From: Candidatus Nanosynbacter sp. BB002
GTDB lineage: Bacteria; Patescibacteriota; Saccharimonadia; Saccharimonadales; Saccharimonadaceae
Direction: 5' to 3'
NCBI RefSeq assembly: GCF_037013405.1
Contig: NZ_CP146064.1
Coordinates: forward strand, 180,001 to 212,000
Length of the DNA stretch: 32,000 bases
Position numbers and translations under genes: made by a program
Notes under the pieces: model-generated
The model's database searches: none
What the model was told of the DNA's origin: nothing
What the model saw: only the letters and a program-made list of their open reading frames with translations
Shown: positions 1 through 9,721 of the stretch, piece after piece
How positions within the stretch are numbered: the first letter of the stretch is position 1
Layout of the letters: each line of letters opens with the position of its first letter

Positions 1-946
1 GAAGCTTAAAGGTGAGTATGACTCAGCTCGTGGCAAAGGTGCGTATGGAGCTGCGGGGTATTGGGTTAAAACGAAAATATTGCTAGCAGGTGTATTGATC
101 AATTGGCTGGCGGCTGTAGTGTTATTTGCGGTGTTGGCTGTGTTCGGGTTGCCTAAAATATTACCAAACCAAGTGATGTTGCCGTTTGATAATACATCTG
201 TTAAAACACCAGTTAAGATTGTTCGTCTCACCGATGGCTCGCCAGCGGCACAAGTTGGCCTGCGAGTTAATGATGAAATTATAGCTATGAACGAAAAAAC
301 AATTAGTACTTCAGCCCAACTTTCTGAAGCGACGCAGCAGTCTTCTGGGCAGACCGTAAATATTGAAGTGAAACGAAACAGTCAGACACTACATTTTCGA
401 ACAACGCTACTCAGTCGTGATCAGGCAAAAAATGGTGGCTATCTGGGGGTTGTGCCACATCAGTCAGAGACTATCCATGCGACATGGTCGGCGCCACTAG
501 TGGGCGTTGCAACAACGGTGCAGCTAACTCATGAAACGCTGAAGGGCGTTGGCTCTATGATAGTACAGGGAATTGGCGGCTTCTTTGGACAATTTATTGG
601 TTCACCAGAACAGAAGCAGGCAGCTAAGGCTGATTTGGCAAAGGTGGGTAATAACGTGGCAGGTCCAGTTGGTATCTTGGGTGTACTATTTCCATCAGTT
701 GTTAATTCTGGATTGACGCAGGTGCTACTGTTGGCGGCAATCATCTCTTTGACGCTGGCAGTGATGAATATTTTGCCAATCCCAGCACTTGATGGCGGGC
801 GTTGGTTTACCATGACGATTTTTAGATTGTTGAAGAAGCCGTTGACCAAAGATCGCGAAGAAACGATTCAAGCGACTGGCTTTTTGATTTTAATGGCATT
901 AACAATAGTGGTAACGTGGAATGATATCGCAAAATTATTCTCATAA
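1..946 (+). CDS. rseP: Site-2 (RIP) zinc metalloprotease, RseP/M50 family; C-terminal part only, the 5' end lies upstream of the window
   Basis: The frame is open from base 2, upstream of the listed ORF start at 80. It has a PDZ-like segment (VKIVRLTDGSPAAQVGLRVNDEIIAMNEKTI), the C-terminal NILPIPALDGG motif typical of M50 proteases, and several TM helices. Confidence 0.8.
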   Translation, partial: KLKGEYDSARGKGAYGAAGYWVKTKILLAGVLINWLAAVVLFAVLAVFGLPKILPNQVMLPFDNTSVKTPVKIVRLTDGSPAAQVGLRVNDEIIAMNEKTISTSAQLSEATQQSSGQTVNIEVKRNSQTLHFRTTLLSRDQAKNGGYLGVVPHQSETIHATWSAPLVGVATTVQLTHETLKGVGSMIVQGIGGFFGQFIGSPEQKQAAKADLAKVGNNVAGPVGILGVLFPSVVNSGLTQVLLLAAIISLTLAVMNILPIPALDGGRWFTMTIFRLLKKPLTKDREETIQATGFLILMALTIVVTWNDIAKLFS

Positions 947-1739
947 GCATAAGAGCAAAAAATTAGTACAGCTCAAAAAGAACTGGCTGTGGTGCTTGAT
1001 TTTGCCTGTTTGGGCGTACGCATCGTTCATGGTGTCAGGTCTACTGGTTTCGTTGGTAGTGTGGTTGTTGGTGCAGGCGGGTGTGCCGCTCAAGAGTGTA
1101 CCGTCGGTTTTGTTGACAACTGGTGTTTCGGTGGTCGTGTGGATAATCACGGTAGTTATGGTCACTATGGTGCCGTATTGGCTATTTAGGCGTAAGTCGA
1201 GCATCAAAGACCTTGGTGTCACTGGTAAACCAGCATGGCTGGACCTGGTTATACCCGTACCGACTTTTGCTGCGTATTTTATTTGTTCCATCATGATGGC
1301 GGCATTGGCAGTAACGTTTTTGAATGTTGATTTTAAGCAAACACAACAGTTGCCTTTTGATACGACAACATTGTATTCACAGGCTCAGTACGCCATGATC
1401 TTTTTCACACTGGTGGTATTGGCGCCCTTGGCAGAGGAGCTGCTATTTCGCGGGTACCTATACACGAAATTGCGCAAGACAACCTCAGTAAAAGTCTCGG
1501 TCATCATCACCAGTCTCACGTTCGGTTTGGCGCATTTGGCAATTGGCAGTGAAAACTTGCAGTGGAATGTCGTACTAGACACCTTTGTGCTCAGCATATT
1601 TTCGTGTTTGTTACGGGAATACACTGGGGCGGTTTGGGCAAGTGTAGTGCTGCACGCCATCAAAAACAGTTTGGCGTTTTATCTGTTGTTTATCAATCCA
1701 ATTACTATTCACAGTACTGTTGGAATATTATTTACGTAA
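921..1739 (+). CDS. CPBP (CAAX/Abi) family intramembrane glutamic endopeptidase
   Basis: Polytopic membrane protein carrying the CPBP motifs EELLFRGYLY, FGLAHL and HAIKNS. It overlaps the rseP end by 26 nt. Confidence 0.75.
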   Translation: MISQNYSHKHKSKKLVQLKKNWLWCLILPVWAYASFMVSGLLVSLVVWLLVQAGVPLKSVPSVLLTTGVSVVVWIITVVMVTMVPYWLFRRKSSIKDLGVTGKPAWLDLVIPVPTFAAYFICSIMMAALAVTFLNVDFKQTQQLPFDTTTLYSQAQYAMIFFTLVVLAPLAEELLFRGYLYTKLRKTTSVKVSVIITSLTFGLAHLAIGSENLQWNVVLDTFVLSIFSCLLREYTGAVWASVVLHAIKNSLAFYLLFINPITIHSTVGILFT

Positions 1740-1752
1740 AGGAGTTTGACGT

Positions 1753-2994
1753 ATGAGAATGAGCCAATTATTTACCAAAACCAGCAAAACTGCGCCAAGT
1801 GACGAGATGGCGAAGAATGCTCAGTTGTTGATCCAGGCTGGTTATGTTCACAAAACGATGGCTGGTGTATACTCGTACACCCCCTTAGGACTGCGCGTGC
1901 TGGAGAACATTAAGCGCATTGTGCGAGAAGAAATGAACGCGATCGACAGCCAAGAGCTCATCATGAGCAGCCTGCAGCGCAAGGAACTGTGGACAGAGAC
2001 AGGGCGGTGGGACGATGAATTGGTTGATGTTTGGTTTAAGTCTCATCTGCAAGATGGTACTGAGGTGGGCTTTGGCTGGACGCACGAAGAGCCTATCATC
2101 GAGTTGTTGCGGAATTATCTCAAGAGCTACAAGGACTTACCGATCAGTGTTTACCAGTTCCAAAACAAGCTGCGTAACGAGCTGCGTGCTAAAAGTGGTA
2201 TCATGCGCGGACGCGAATTTGTCATGAAAGACATGTATTCGGTGCACGCTACCCGAGAGGATTTGGACGTGTATTATGAGGCGGTCATTGCAGCGTATAA
2301 ACGCTGTTACGATCGGCTGGGAATTGGGCAGGATACGTATGTTACCTTTGCGAGCGGTGGAGCATTTACTAAATTCAGTCACGAATTCCAGACGATTTGT
2401 GAGGCTGGCGAGGACTATGTTTACTTGCACCGTGGCAAGAACATTGCGGTAAATGAGGAAGTGATTGATGAGGCAGTTGCTGAGTTGGGCGTTGACCGTA
2501 ACGAACTGGAGAAGGTTAAAACAGCCGAAGTTGGTAATATTTTCAATTTTGGCACGCAAAAATCAGAGGAGATGAAACTAGTCTTTACTGGCGAAGATGG
2601 CCAGCAGCACTATGCATACATGGGAAGCTATGGCATCGGCATCACGCGTGTCATGGGCGTGATTGTTGAAAAGTTCGCTGACGAGAAAGGCTTGGTGTGG
2701 ACTGAGAATATCGCGCCGTTCAAGCTGCAGTTGGTAGCAATCGGCGAGCGCGGCAGTGAGCTGGCAAATCAGCTATATAGCACCTTGATGAAGGCTGGTG
2801 TAGAGGTGCTGTATGACGACAGGGCTGAGCGTCCAGGCGTGAAATTTGCTGACGCTGAACTGATGGGTATGCCGTGGCGCGTGACCATCAGTGACCGGGG
2901 AATTGACAGCGGTGAGTTTGAGCTAACCAGCCGTCAGAGTGGTGAGACTGTCACCAAGAACTATGACGAATTGGTAGCATTTTTCGTTGATTAG
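1753..2994 (+). CDS. proS: Prolyl-tRNA synthetase, bacterial-type N-terminus, without the large INS editing domain (413 aa)
   Basis: The N-terminus MSQLFTKTSKTAPSDE...AGYV...GVYSY.P.G.RV and the class II motifs (FRNELRAKSGIMRGREF; GSYGIGITR) match ProRS. AAGGAG at 1739-1744 sits 8 nt before the ATG. Confidence 0.9.
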   Translation: MRMSQLFTKTSKTAPSDEMAKNAQLLIQAGYVHKTMAGVYSYTPLGLRVLENIKRIVREEMNAIDSQELIMSSLQRKELWTETGRWDDELVDVWFKSHLQDGTEVGFGWTHEEPIIELLRNYLKSYKDLPISVYQFQNKLRNELRAKSGIMRGREFVMKDMYSVHATREDLDVYYEAVIAAYKRCYDRLGIGQDTYVTFASGGAFTKFSHEFQTICEAGEDYVYLHRGKNIAVNEEVIDEAVAELGVDRNELEKVKTAEVGNIFNFGTQKSEEMKLVFTGEDGQQHYAYMGSYGIGITRVMGVIVEKFADEKGLVWTENIAPFKLQLVAIGERGSELANQLYSTLMKAGVEVLYDDRAERPGVKFADAELMGMPWRVTISDRGIDSGEFELTSRQSGETVTKNYDELVAFFVD

Positions 2995-3023
2995 TTGACA
3001 GTGTCTGGTAGTATTGATACAAT
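2995..3023 (+). promoter_or_regulatory. Sigma70-type promoter TTGACA-17-TACAAT, with TG at -15/-14
   Basis: TTGACA at 2995-3000, a 17-nt spacer, and TGaTACAAT at 3015-3023, immediately after the proS stop codon. Confidence 0.6.
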
Positions 3024-3050
3024 CATAGTACTTACACGATGATTATATCG

Positions 3051-3080
3051 ATACGCTAGATATAGCGTGTTTTTGATTTT
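3051..3080 (+). terminator. Intrinsic terminator or attenuator hairpin between proS and greA
   Basis: Stem ACGCTA 3053-3058 / TAGCGT 3063-3068 with GATA loop, followed by GTTTTTGATTTT (3069-3080). It lies downstream of the 2995-3023 promoter and upstream of the greA Shine-Dalgarno (SD) site. Confidence 0.6.
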
Positions 3081-3110
3081 GCACCACTATATATAGTAGA
3101 AGGAGAGTAT

Positions 3111-3566
3111 ATGAATAAGAAATATCAGATCACTGATTCAGGTCGGAAAGAACTGGAAAAAGAGTTGGCAGAGCTTAAGAGCCGCCGAGGAGAGATTGCG
3201 GAAAAAATTGCAGAAGCACGAAGCTTTGGTGACCTGAGCGAAAATGCTGAATATGATGCCGCTCGTGAAGAACAGGGGCTACTAGAAACGCGTGTTATTG
3301 AGATTGAAGATATCTTGCAACATGCCTCAATCATTAAGAGCGCTGACGCAACCGTTGTTGGTCTGGGCAGCGCGGTTGAGCTGAAAAATAGCGACAGAAC
3401 GGTTACCTACACCGTAGTCGGTCCTGTTGAAGCAGACCCAATGGAGGGCAAGATATCTGACGAGTCGCCAATTGGTCAGGCGCTGATGGGCAAGAAAGTT
3501 GGTGATGAAGTGACGATTTCTACGCCTAAAGGTGAGATTGTCTATACGATATCCTCTCTGTTATAA
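3111..3566 (+). CDS. greA: Transcription elongation factor GreA
   Basis: N-terminal coiled coil with the FGDLSENAEYDAAREEQ motif and a C-terminal GreA/B globular domain. AAGGAG SD at 3100-3105. Confidence 0.93.
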   Translation: MNKKYQITDSGRKELEKELAELKSRRGEIAEKIAEARSFGDLSENAEYDAAREEQGLLETRVIEIEDILQHASIIKSADATVVGLGSAVELKNSDRTVTYTVVGPVEADPMEGKISDESPIGQALMGKKVGDEVTISTPKGEIVYTISSLL

Positions 3567-3567
3567 T
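3559..3567 (+). promoter_or_regulatory. Extended -10 box TGtTATAAT, 10 nt before the lysS ATG
   Basis: TATAAT at 3562-3567 overlaps the greA stop codon. ATG at 3578, with no SD between them. Confidence 0.45.
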
Positions 3568-3577
3568 GTAGATAATT

Positions 3578-5080
3578 ATGGCTACATTACAAGATTATCG
3601 AAATGAACGATTACGAAAATTAGAAACGCTGCGAGAACTAGGCGTTGATCCATACCCGGCAAAATCAGAGCGGACACATATGTGTGCTGAGGTTTTGGCG
3701 CGGTATGATGAACTGGTAGGCCAGGAAGTGGTGGTTGCAGGTCGCATCGCTTCAATCCGCAGTTTTGGTAAGCTGGCGTTCATCAAACTGCGCGATCAGT
3801 CTGGTGAGGTGCAGTTGTATTTGCAGCGCGATGATGTAGCGGAATTGGATGCTAGTCGCGGTGTGCTGGGCATGAAGCAGCTGAAGCTTTTAGATACGGG
3901 TGATTTTGTCGAGGCGCGCGGCGTGATGACGACAACACAGACTGGCGAAAAGTCGGTTGGCGTGCATGAGCTACGGTTATTAACCAAGTCGCTCAGGCCA
4001 ATGCCGGAGAAGCTGGAAAACAAAGAAGAGCGTTTTCGTCGCCGCTATGTTGACATGAACGTCAACCCTGAGGTGCGCGAGCGATTTGTTCGCCGCAGTA
4101 AGTTCTGGCAGGCGACGCGTGATTATCTAAACAGCCATGGGTTTACTGAGGTAAACGTGCCGGTATTGGAGCATACGACCGGCGGCGCTGATGCTAACCC
4201 ATTTGTGACGCATATGGACGCACTGGATAATCAGCAGTTTTACTTGCGTATTTCTCACGAACTGCCGCTGAAGCGGTTGATCGGTGCTGGGTTCGAGAAG
4301 GTGTATGATCTCGGGCCGCGTTTTCGCAATGAGAATTATTCAGACGAGCATTTGCCAGAGCACATCGCCATGGAGTGGTACGCCGCGTATTGGGATTGGA
4401 AGCAGGGCATGCGCTTTATGGAGGCGATGTATAAAGATGTGCTTCAAAAGACGTTTGGCACGCTGCAGTTTCAGCTGGGTCAATTCACGGTGGATATGAG
4501 TGGCGAGTGGGAAGTTTGGGATTACGCTGAGGTGGTCAACAAGCACTATGGGATTGACGTATATAATACGACGATTGAGGAAGTCGCTGCTAAGCTGAAA
4601 GAACATGGCCTAGAGGTAGAAAAGACCGATTCCATCCCGCGCGGCATCGATAAACTGTGGAAGAATATCCGTAAAGGCGTGGCTGGGCCGGTGTGGCTAG
4701 TGAATACACCGAAGTTCATCAGTCCGCTATCCAAAACCAATCCTGACAATCCACAGACAGTGGAGCGTTTCCAGCCGGTGATCGCTGGGTCGGAATTGGG
4801 CAATGGCTTTTCTGAGTTGAATGACCCGATTGACCAGCTGAACCGCTTTGTTGAGCAGCAGCAGATGCGTGACGCGGGCGATGACGAGGCGATGATGCTG
4901 GACATCGACTTTGTGGAGATGCTGGAATACGGTATGCCGCCAGCTTGTGGTTGGGGTTACTCTGAGCGGGTATTTTGGATTTTTGAAGGTGTGACAGCTC
5001 GCGAGGGCGTGCCATTTCCACAACTGCGTCATGAGATTGACGAGACAACGCGGGCAATTTATCCGCAAGTGAAGCTGTAA
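3578..5080 (+). CDS. lysS: Lysyl-tRNA synthetase, class II
   Basis: N-terminal OB anticodon-binding domain followed by a class II core (RFRNENYSDEHLPEH, GSELGNGFSELNDP, GMPPACGWGYSERV). Confidence 0.93.
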   Translation: MATLQDYRNERLRKLETLRELGVDPYPAKSERTHMCAEVLARYDELVGQEVVVAGRIASIRSFGKLAFIKLRDQSGEVQLYLQRDDVAELDASRGVLGMKQLKLLDTGDFVEARGVMTTTQTGEKSVGVHELRLLTKSLRPMPEKLENKEERFRRRYVDMNVNPEVRERFVRRSKFWQATRDYLNSHGFTEVNVPVLEHTTGGADANPFVTHMDALDNQQFYLRISHELPLKRLIGAGFEKVYDLGPRFRNENYSDEHLPEHIAMEWYAAYWDWKQGMRFMEAMYKDVLQKTFGTLQFQLGQFTVDMSGEWEVWDYAEVVNKHYGIDVYNTTIEEVAAKLKEHGLEVEKTDSIPRGIDKLWKNIRKGVAGPVWLVNTPKFISPLSKTNPDNPQTVERFQPVIAGSELGNGFSELNDPIDQLNRFVEQQQMRDAGDDEAMMLDIDFVEMLEYGMPPACGWGYSERVFWIFEGVTAREGVPFPQLRHEIDETTRAIYPQVKL

Positions 5081-5099
5081 TTGTCGCCTGGACTGGGTT

Positions 5100-5108
5100 T
5101 GTTATAAT
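5100..5108 (+). promoter_or_regulatory. Extended -10 box TGtTATAAT, 6 nt before the ATG at 5115
   Basis: TATAAT at 5103-5108, with a possible -35 TTGTCG at 5081-5086 (16-nt spacer). No SD. Confidence 0.55.
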
Positions 5109-5114
5109 TAGAGT

Positions 5115-6869
<1,755 letters not shown>

Positions 6870-6872
6870 GTT

Positions 6873-7829
6873 ATGCATGACATTTTATTGTTGGTAGTGG
6901 CGGCCGTTCTGTTGGTGTTGTCAGGGTTATTTTCAGGTTTGAACATCGGGTTGATGATGGCGCGGCCAGATGATTTGAAACGTAAAGCTCGGCAGGGCGA
7001 CGCAATCGCTGCACGGGTGTATCGCTATCGCAAAGACGGTTATTATCTGATCTTTTGTATTTTGCTGGGTAATGTTGGGGTGAATACGGCGATGTCAATT
7101 TTGCTGGGTAATATGACGAACGGCGTGGTTGGTGGGCTGATTGCCACGCTGCTCATTACTATGTTTGGTGAAATTTTGCCGCAGGCGATTTTTACGCAGC
7201 GTGGTTATCAGATTACGCGTTATTTCTTCTGGTTGCTGGATGTGATTTATGTGCTATTTTGGCCGCTGGCCCGGCCGATGTCCAAGCTGCTCAATCGCTG
7301 GGTAGGCAAGGAAGCACCGCAGTTGTACTCGCACCAAGAGCTGGAGCAGATTATTCACGAGCATGCTGAGCGGTCGGATAGCCCGGTTGATTATGACGAA
7401 AGTCGAATCGCGGCGGGAGCGTTGCAATTTAGTAAAAAGACTGCTGGTGATTTGGTAACGCCGATGAATGAGGTGTTTACGGTGAATTTTGACGACGAGC
7501 TGGACGCGACGCTACTGGCGCAGATCAAGCACGCTGGGCATTCACGGATCCCGGTGCGTGATGATGAGCGGCTGGTAGGAATTTTATATGTCAAAGATGT
7601 GGTGGGGCGCGAGCTGCCACTGCCGGTGAGTCAATTGTATCGAGACAAGATTCATGACATCGACGCGCGGTCGCGGCTGGACACGGTGCTCAGCCGATTT
7701 ATCCAAACCCGCAATCACTTGTTTGTGGTGATGGATGATGAAACTGAGTTAGGAATCATCACGCTGGAGGACGTGATCGAAGAGATTTTGGACCAGGAAA
7801 TTGAGGACGAATACGACGAATTACGATGA
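6873..7829 (+). CDS. CNNM/DUF21 transmembrane domain plus CBS-pair protein (CorC/TlyC-like ion transport mediator), without a CorC_HlyC C-terminal domain
   Basis: DUF21 N-terminus (LSGLFSGLNIGLM...FGEILPQA) and two CBS-like repeats (HSRIPVRDDERLVGILYVKDV; VVMDDETELGIITLEDVIEEI). It starts 4 nt after the preceding stop codon. Confidence 0.8.
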   Translation: MHDILLLVVAAVLLVLSGLFSGLNIGLMMARPDDLKRKARQGDAIAARVYRYRKDGYYLIFCILLGNVGVNTAMSILLGNMTNGVVGGLIATLLITMFGEILPQAIFTQRGYQITRYFFWLLDVIYVLFWPLARPMSKLLNRWVGKEAPQLYSHQELEQIIHEHAERSDSPVDYDESRIAAGALQFSKKTAGDLVTPMNEVFTVNFDDELDATLLAQIKHAGHSRIPVRDDERLVGILYVKDVVGRELPLPVSQLYRDKIHDIDARSRLDTVLSRFIQTRNHLFVVMDDETELGIITLEDVIEEILDQEIEDEYDELR

Positions 7830-7834
7830 GCTGT

Positions 7835-7992
7835 TGGGGCTAGCGGAATCTTCGCTCGCCGTGACGGCGGTCGTGAGCACAGTACCCAGTACTACTCTGA
7901 CGGATACCGTCTCTCACGAGACACCAGGCAGGGCGGTGACACGAACACTCACTGGACTAACCAGGGGTGTTAAATAAAACACACCCTCCCCA
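7835..7992. ncRNA. Candidate structured RNA, family and strand unknown
   Basis: GC-rich gap between convergent stop codons. Hand-drawn helices on the + strand: 7835-7839/7988-7992, 7842-7856, 7857-7869, 7872-7877/7913-7918 enclosing 7881-7893 and 7899-7911, 7934-7954, and 7964-7987. None is followed by a U tract. Confidence 0.4.
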
Positions 7993-8005
7993 CCGAACCT
8001 TAGGT

Positions 8006-8281
8006 TTACGAGTCAATATCTTTAATTATAGATGTTATTCTTTGATATATTTTTTCTATATCGTTAACGGATGTCTGGCTGTTGGTTGCAAGCTGGTCAA
8101 ATAGTGTCGCTAAAAAATCCCAATCAATTACGGAGTGTTTTTCGGTGAGGCGAGCCATGGCGAAGCAAATTACATCTAACGATTCTGCGACATCTGCTTT
8201 GTTTGGTGCGAATTTGTAGATATCAATAATCTCACGAGCAATGATTGCCTGGTGTATTTGATGGTTTTGAGTACTGTTCAT
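8006..8281 (-). CDS. Hypothetical small acidic protein (91 aa), an AT-rich orphan
   Basis: ORF 8006-8338. I prefer the internal ATG at 8281 (MNSTQNHQ...) because TGcTACACT (8296-8288) lies 6 nt upstream, matching the other unit starts in this window. I recognise no family. Confidence 0.5.
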   Translation of the reverse strand: MNSTQNHQIHQAIIAREIIDIYKFAPNKADVAESLDVICFAMARLTEKHSVIDWDFLATLFDQLATNSQTSVNDIEKIYQRITSIIKDIDS

Positions 8282-8287
8282 GATGTT

Positions 8288-8296
8288 AGTGTAGCA
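8288..8296 (-). promoter_or_regulatory. Extended -10 box TGcTACACT, 6 nt before the ATG at 8281 (minus strand)
   Basis: The reverse complement of 8288-8296 reads TGCTACACT. Confidence 0.45.
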
Positions 8297-8357
8297 TACA
8301 GCATCTATTAAATGATAATAATATATATTTCTAAACAATTTATTTACTCAAAAGTAC

Positions 8358-8396
8358 TTGACATTTTATAGTACCTTGTATAACATAGTACTATGT
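8358..8396 (+). promoter_or_regulatory. Promoter (TTGACA, then TATAAC or TAACAT) with an overlapping perfect 14-bp palindrome; candidate PadR operator
   Basis: TTGACA at 8358-8363. The -10 candidates are TATAAC 8379-8384 (15-nt spacer) and TAACAT 8381-8386 (17-nt spacer). The palindrome ACATAGTACTATGT is at 8383-8396. AAGGAG SD at 8410-8415 precedes the ATG at 8422. Confidence 0.6.
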
Positions 8397-8421
8397 ACAA
8401 AGAAACTACAAGGAGCAAGGT

Positions 8422-9711
8422 ATGAGAAGAATCGATATCATCAAGCGGGCGGGACGGAATCTTCGCCAGTCAAAAGGTCGGACGATTTTGACGTCATTGG
8501 CGATTTCTGTCGGGGCGTTTACGATTGGTCTGGCGCTGATGGCTGGCGAGGGTGGTCGCCTGTACACAAATAGTATAGTTGACGCGGCTGGCGATAAAAA
8601 AGTGATCATGGTTGCTAAAAAAATTGAAGCTGAAAAGAAAGATCAATTGCCAGAATACGGCAATTCAGAACAAGATGCTGGAAAAAATAAGGAATCAGCC
8701 ATACGAAGCAAATATGTGCTCAATGACAAGGACTTAGAAAAAATCCGCCAAACGCCGCATGTAAAAACGGTAACACCGGCGTATTCAACTGATGGTGTCG
8801 CCTATGCTAAGAGCTCAGCGAATGGTAAGAAATTTGCGCTGACTGTGGCTGTTAAAATGGACAGGACTCGGGCAGAATTGGCGGCGGGGTCACTGGAAGA
8901 TTTCATGCCAAAGCCGGGTGAGATTATCATCCCGGATGATTATGTGAAGCAGTTGGGCTTTAAGGATGCGCAGTCGGCAATTGGTCAGACGATAACCTTG
9001 GGTGTGCGCAGTGCAGCGCAGGGTGGAGACGTTGCCAAAGAGGTGTCGTTCAAGATCGCGGCGGTGGACAAAAAGTCAGACACTGTTTTGTTCTATGAGC
9101 CAATGTTGAGAATTTCAACAGCTGATGCTAAGGCTATCTATGAATTTAGCCACGACAAGAGCCAACCGCATCAGTATTCAACGGCGATTGCTATGGTGGA
9201 TGACGAGAGCAATGTTGATACTGCTAAAGACGTGATCGGCAAAGATTATAATGCATACTCAATTCAGGATATTCGGAAGGCGCTACTAACGATGGTTAAT
9301 GTAGCGCAGGTGGCGCTGGCGGCATTTGGCGGATTGGCGCTGCTCGCTAGTGTGTTTGGAATTGTGAACACTATGTATATTTCGGTACTGGAGCGAACTA
9401 GTCAAATTGGCTTGATGAAAGCGCTCGGGATGCGTGGTCGTGATATTGGTAAGTTGTTCCGCTATGAGGCGGCATGGGTCGGTTTGTTAGGTGGATTGAT
9501 TGGTGTTGGGCTGGCAAGTTTGGTGACGTTGTTAAACCCTATGATTACTAATGCTTTGGGATTGGGAGCAGGGACAAACCTACTGGTTATCAATCCGCTG
9601 CAAATCGGGCTACTGGTATTTGGACTAGTGGTGATGGCGGTAATTTCTGGCTGGCTGCCGAGCCGCAAAGCAACAAAGCTAGACCCAATTGAGGCATTAA
9701 GGACTGAATAG
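8422..9711 (+). CDS. ABC transporter permease, FtsX/MacB-like (4 TM helices plus a large periplasmic domain)
   Basis: N-terminus RNLRQSKGRTILTSLAISVGAF, followed by an extracytoplasmic domain and a C-terminal FtsX domain (GLMKALGMRGRDI...LPSRKATKLDPIEALRTE). Confidence 0.85.
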   Translation: MRRIDIIKRAGRNLRQSKGRTILTSLAISVGAFTIGLALMAGEGGRLYTNSIVDAAGDKKVIMVAKKIEAEKKDQLPEYGNSEQDAGKNKESAIRSKYVLNDKDLEKIRQTPHVKTVTPAYSTDGVAYAKSSANGKKFALTVAVKMDRTRAELAAGSLEDFMPKPGEIIIPDDYVKQLGFKDAQSAIGQTITLGVRSAAQGGDVAKEVSFKIAAVDKKSDTVLFYEPMLRISTADAKAIYEFSHDKSQPHQYSTAIAMVDDESNVDTAKDVIGKDYNAYSIQDIRKALLTMVNVAQVALAAFGGLALLASVFGIVNTMYISVLERTSQIGLMKALGMRGRDIGKLFRYEAAWVGLLGGLIGVGLASLVTLLNPMITNALGLGAGTNLLVINPLQIGLLVFGLVVMAVISGWLPSRKATKLDPIEALRTE

Positions 9712-9721
9712 GAGAAGTATC

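Noticed and set aside
7830-8005. Possible SRP (4.5S/ffs) RNA. The stretch ACCAGG-CAGG at 7923-7932 resembles the 5' side of SRP helix 8, and the paired small hairpins with G-rich and CCCAG-like loops (7857-7869 and 7881-7893) vaguely recall an Alu domain.
   Set aside because: The universally conserved 3' side of helix 8 (GGAAGCAGC-like, AGCA loop) is absent. The putative GUGA tetraloop stem has a C-A mismatch, and the length fits neither the small nor the large SRP type. It needs a covariance-model search before any such call.
7830-8005. A tRNA, tmRNA or RNase P gene in the same gap. GGTTCGG occurs on the minus strand near 7993-7999, and a CCCCACC-like 3' end is present.
   Set aside because: There is no cloverleaf with a 7-nt T-loop and complementary 5-bp arms, no acceptor stem, and no GGUUCGA-type T-arm. 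The region is far too short for tmRNA or RNase P, and their conserved motifs are absent.
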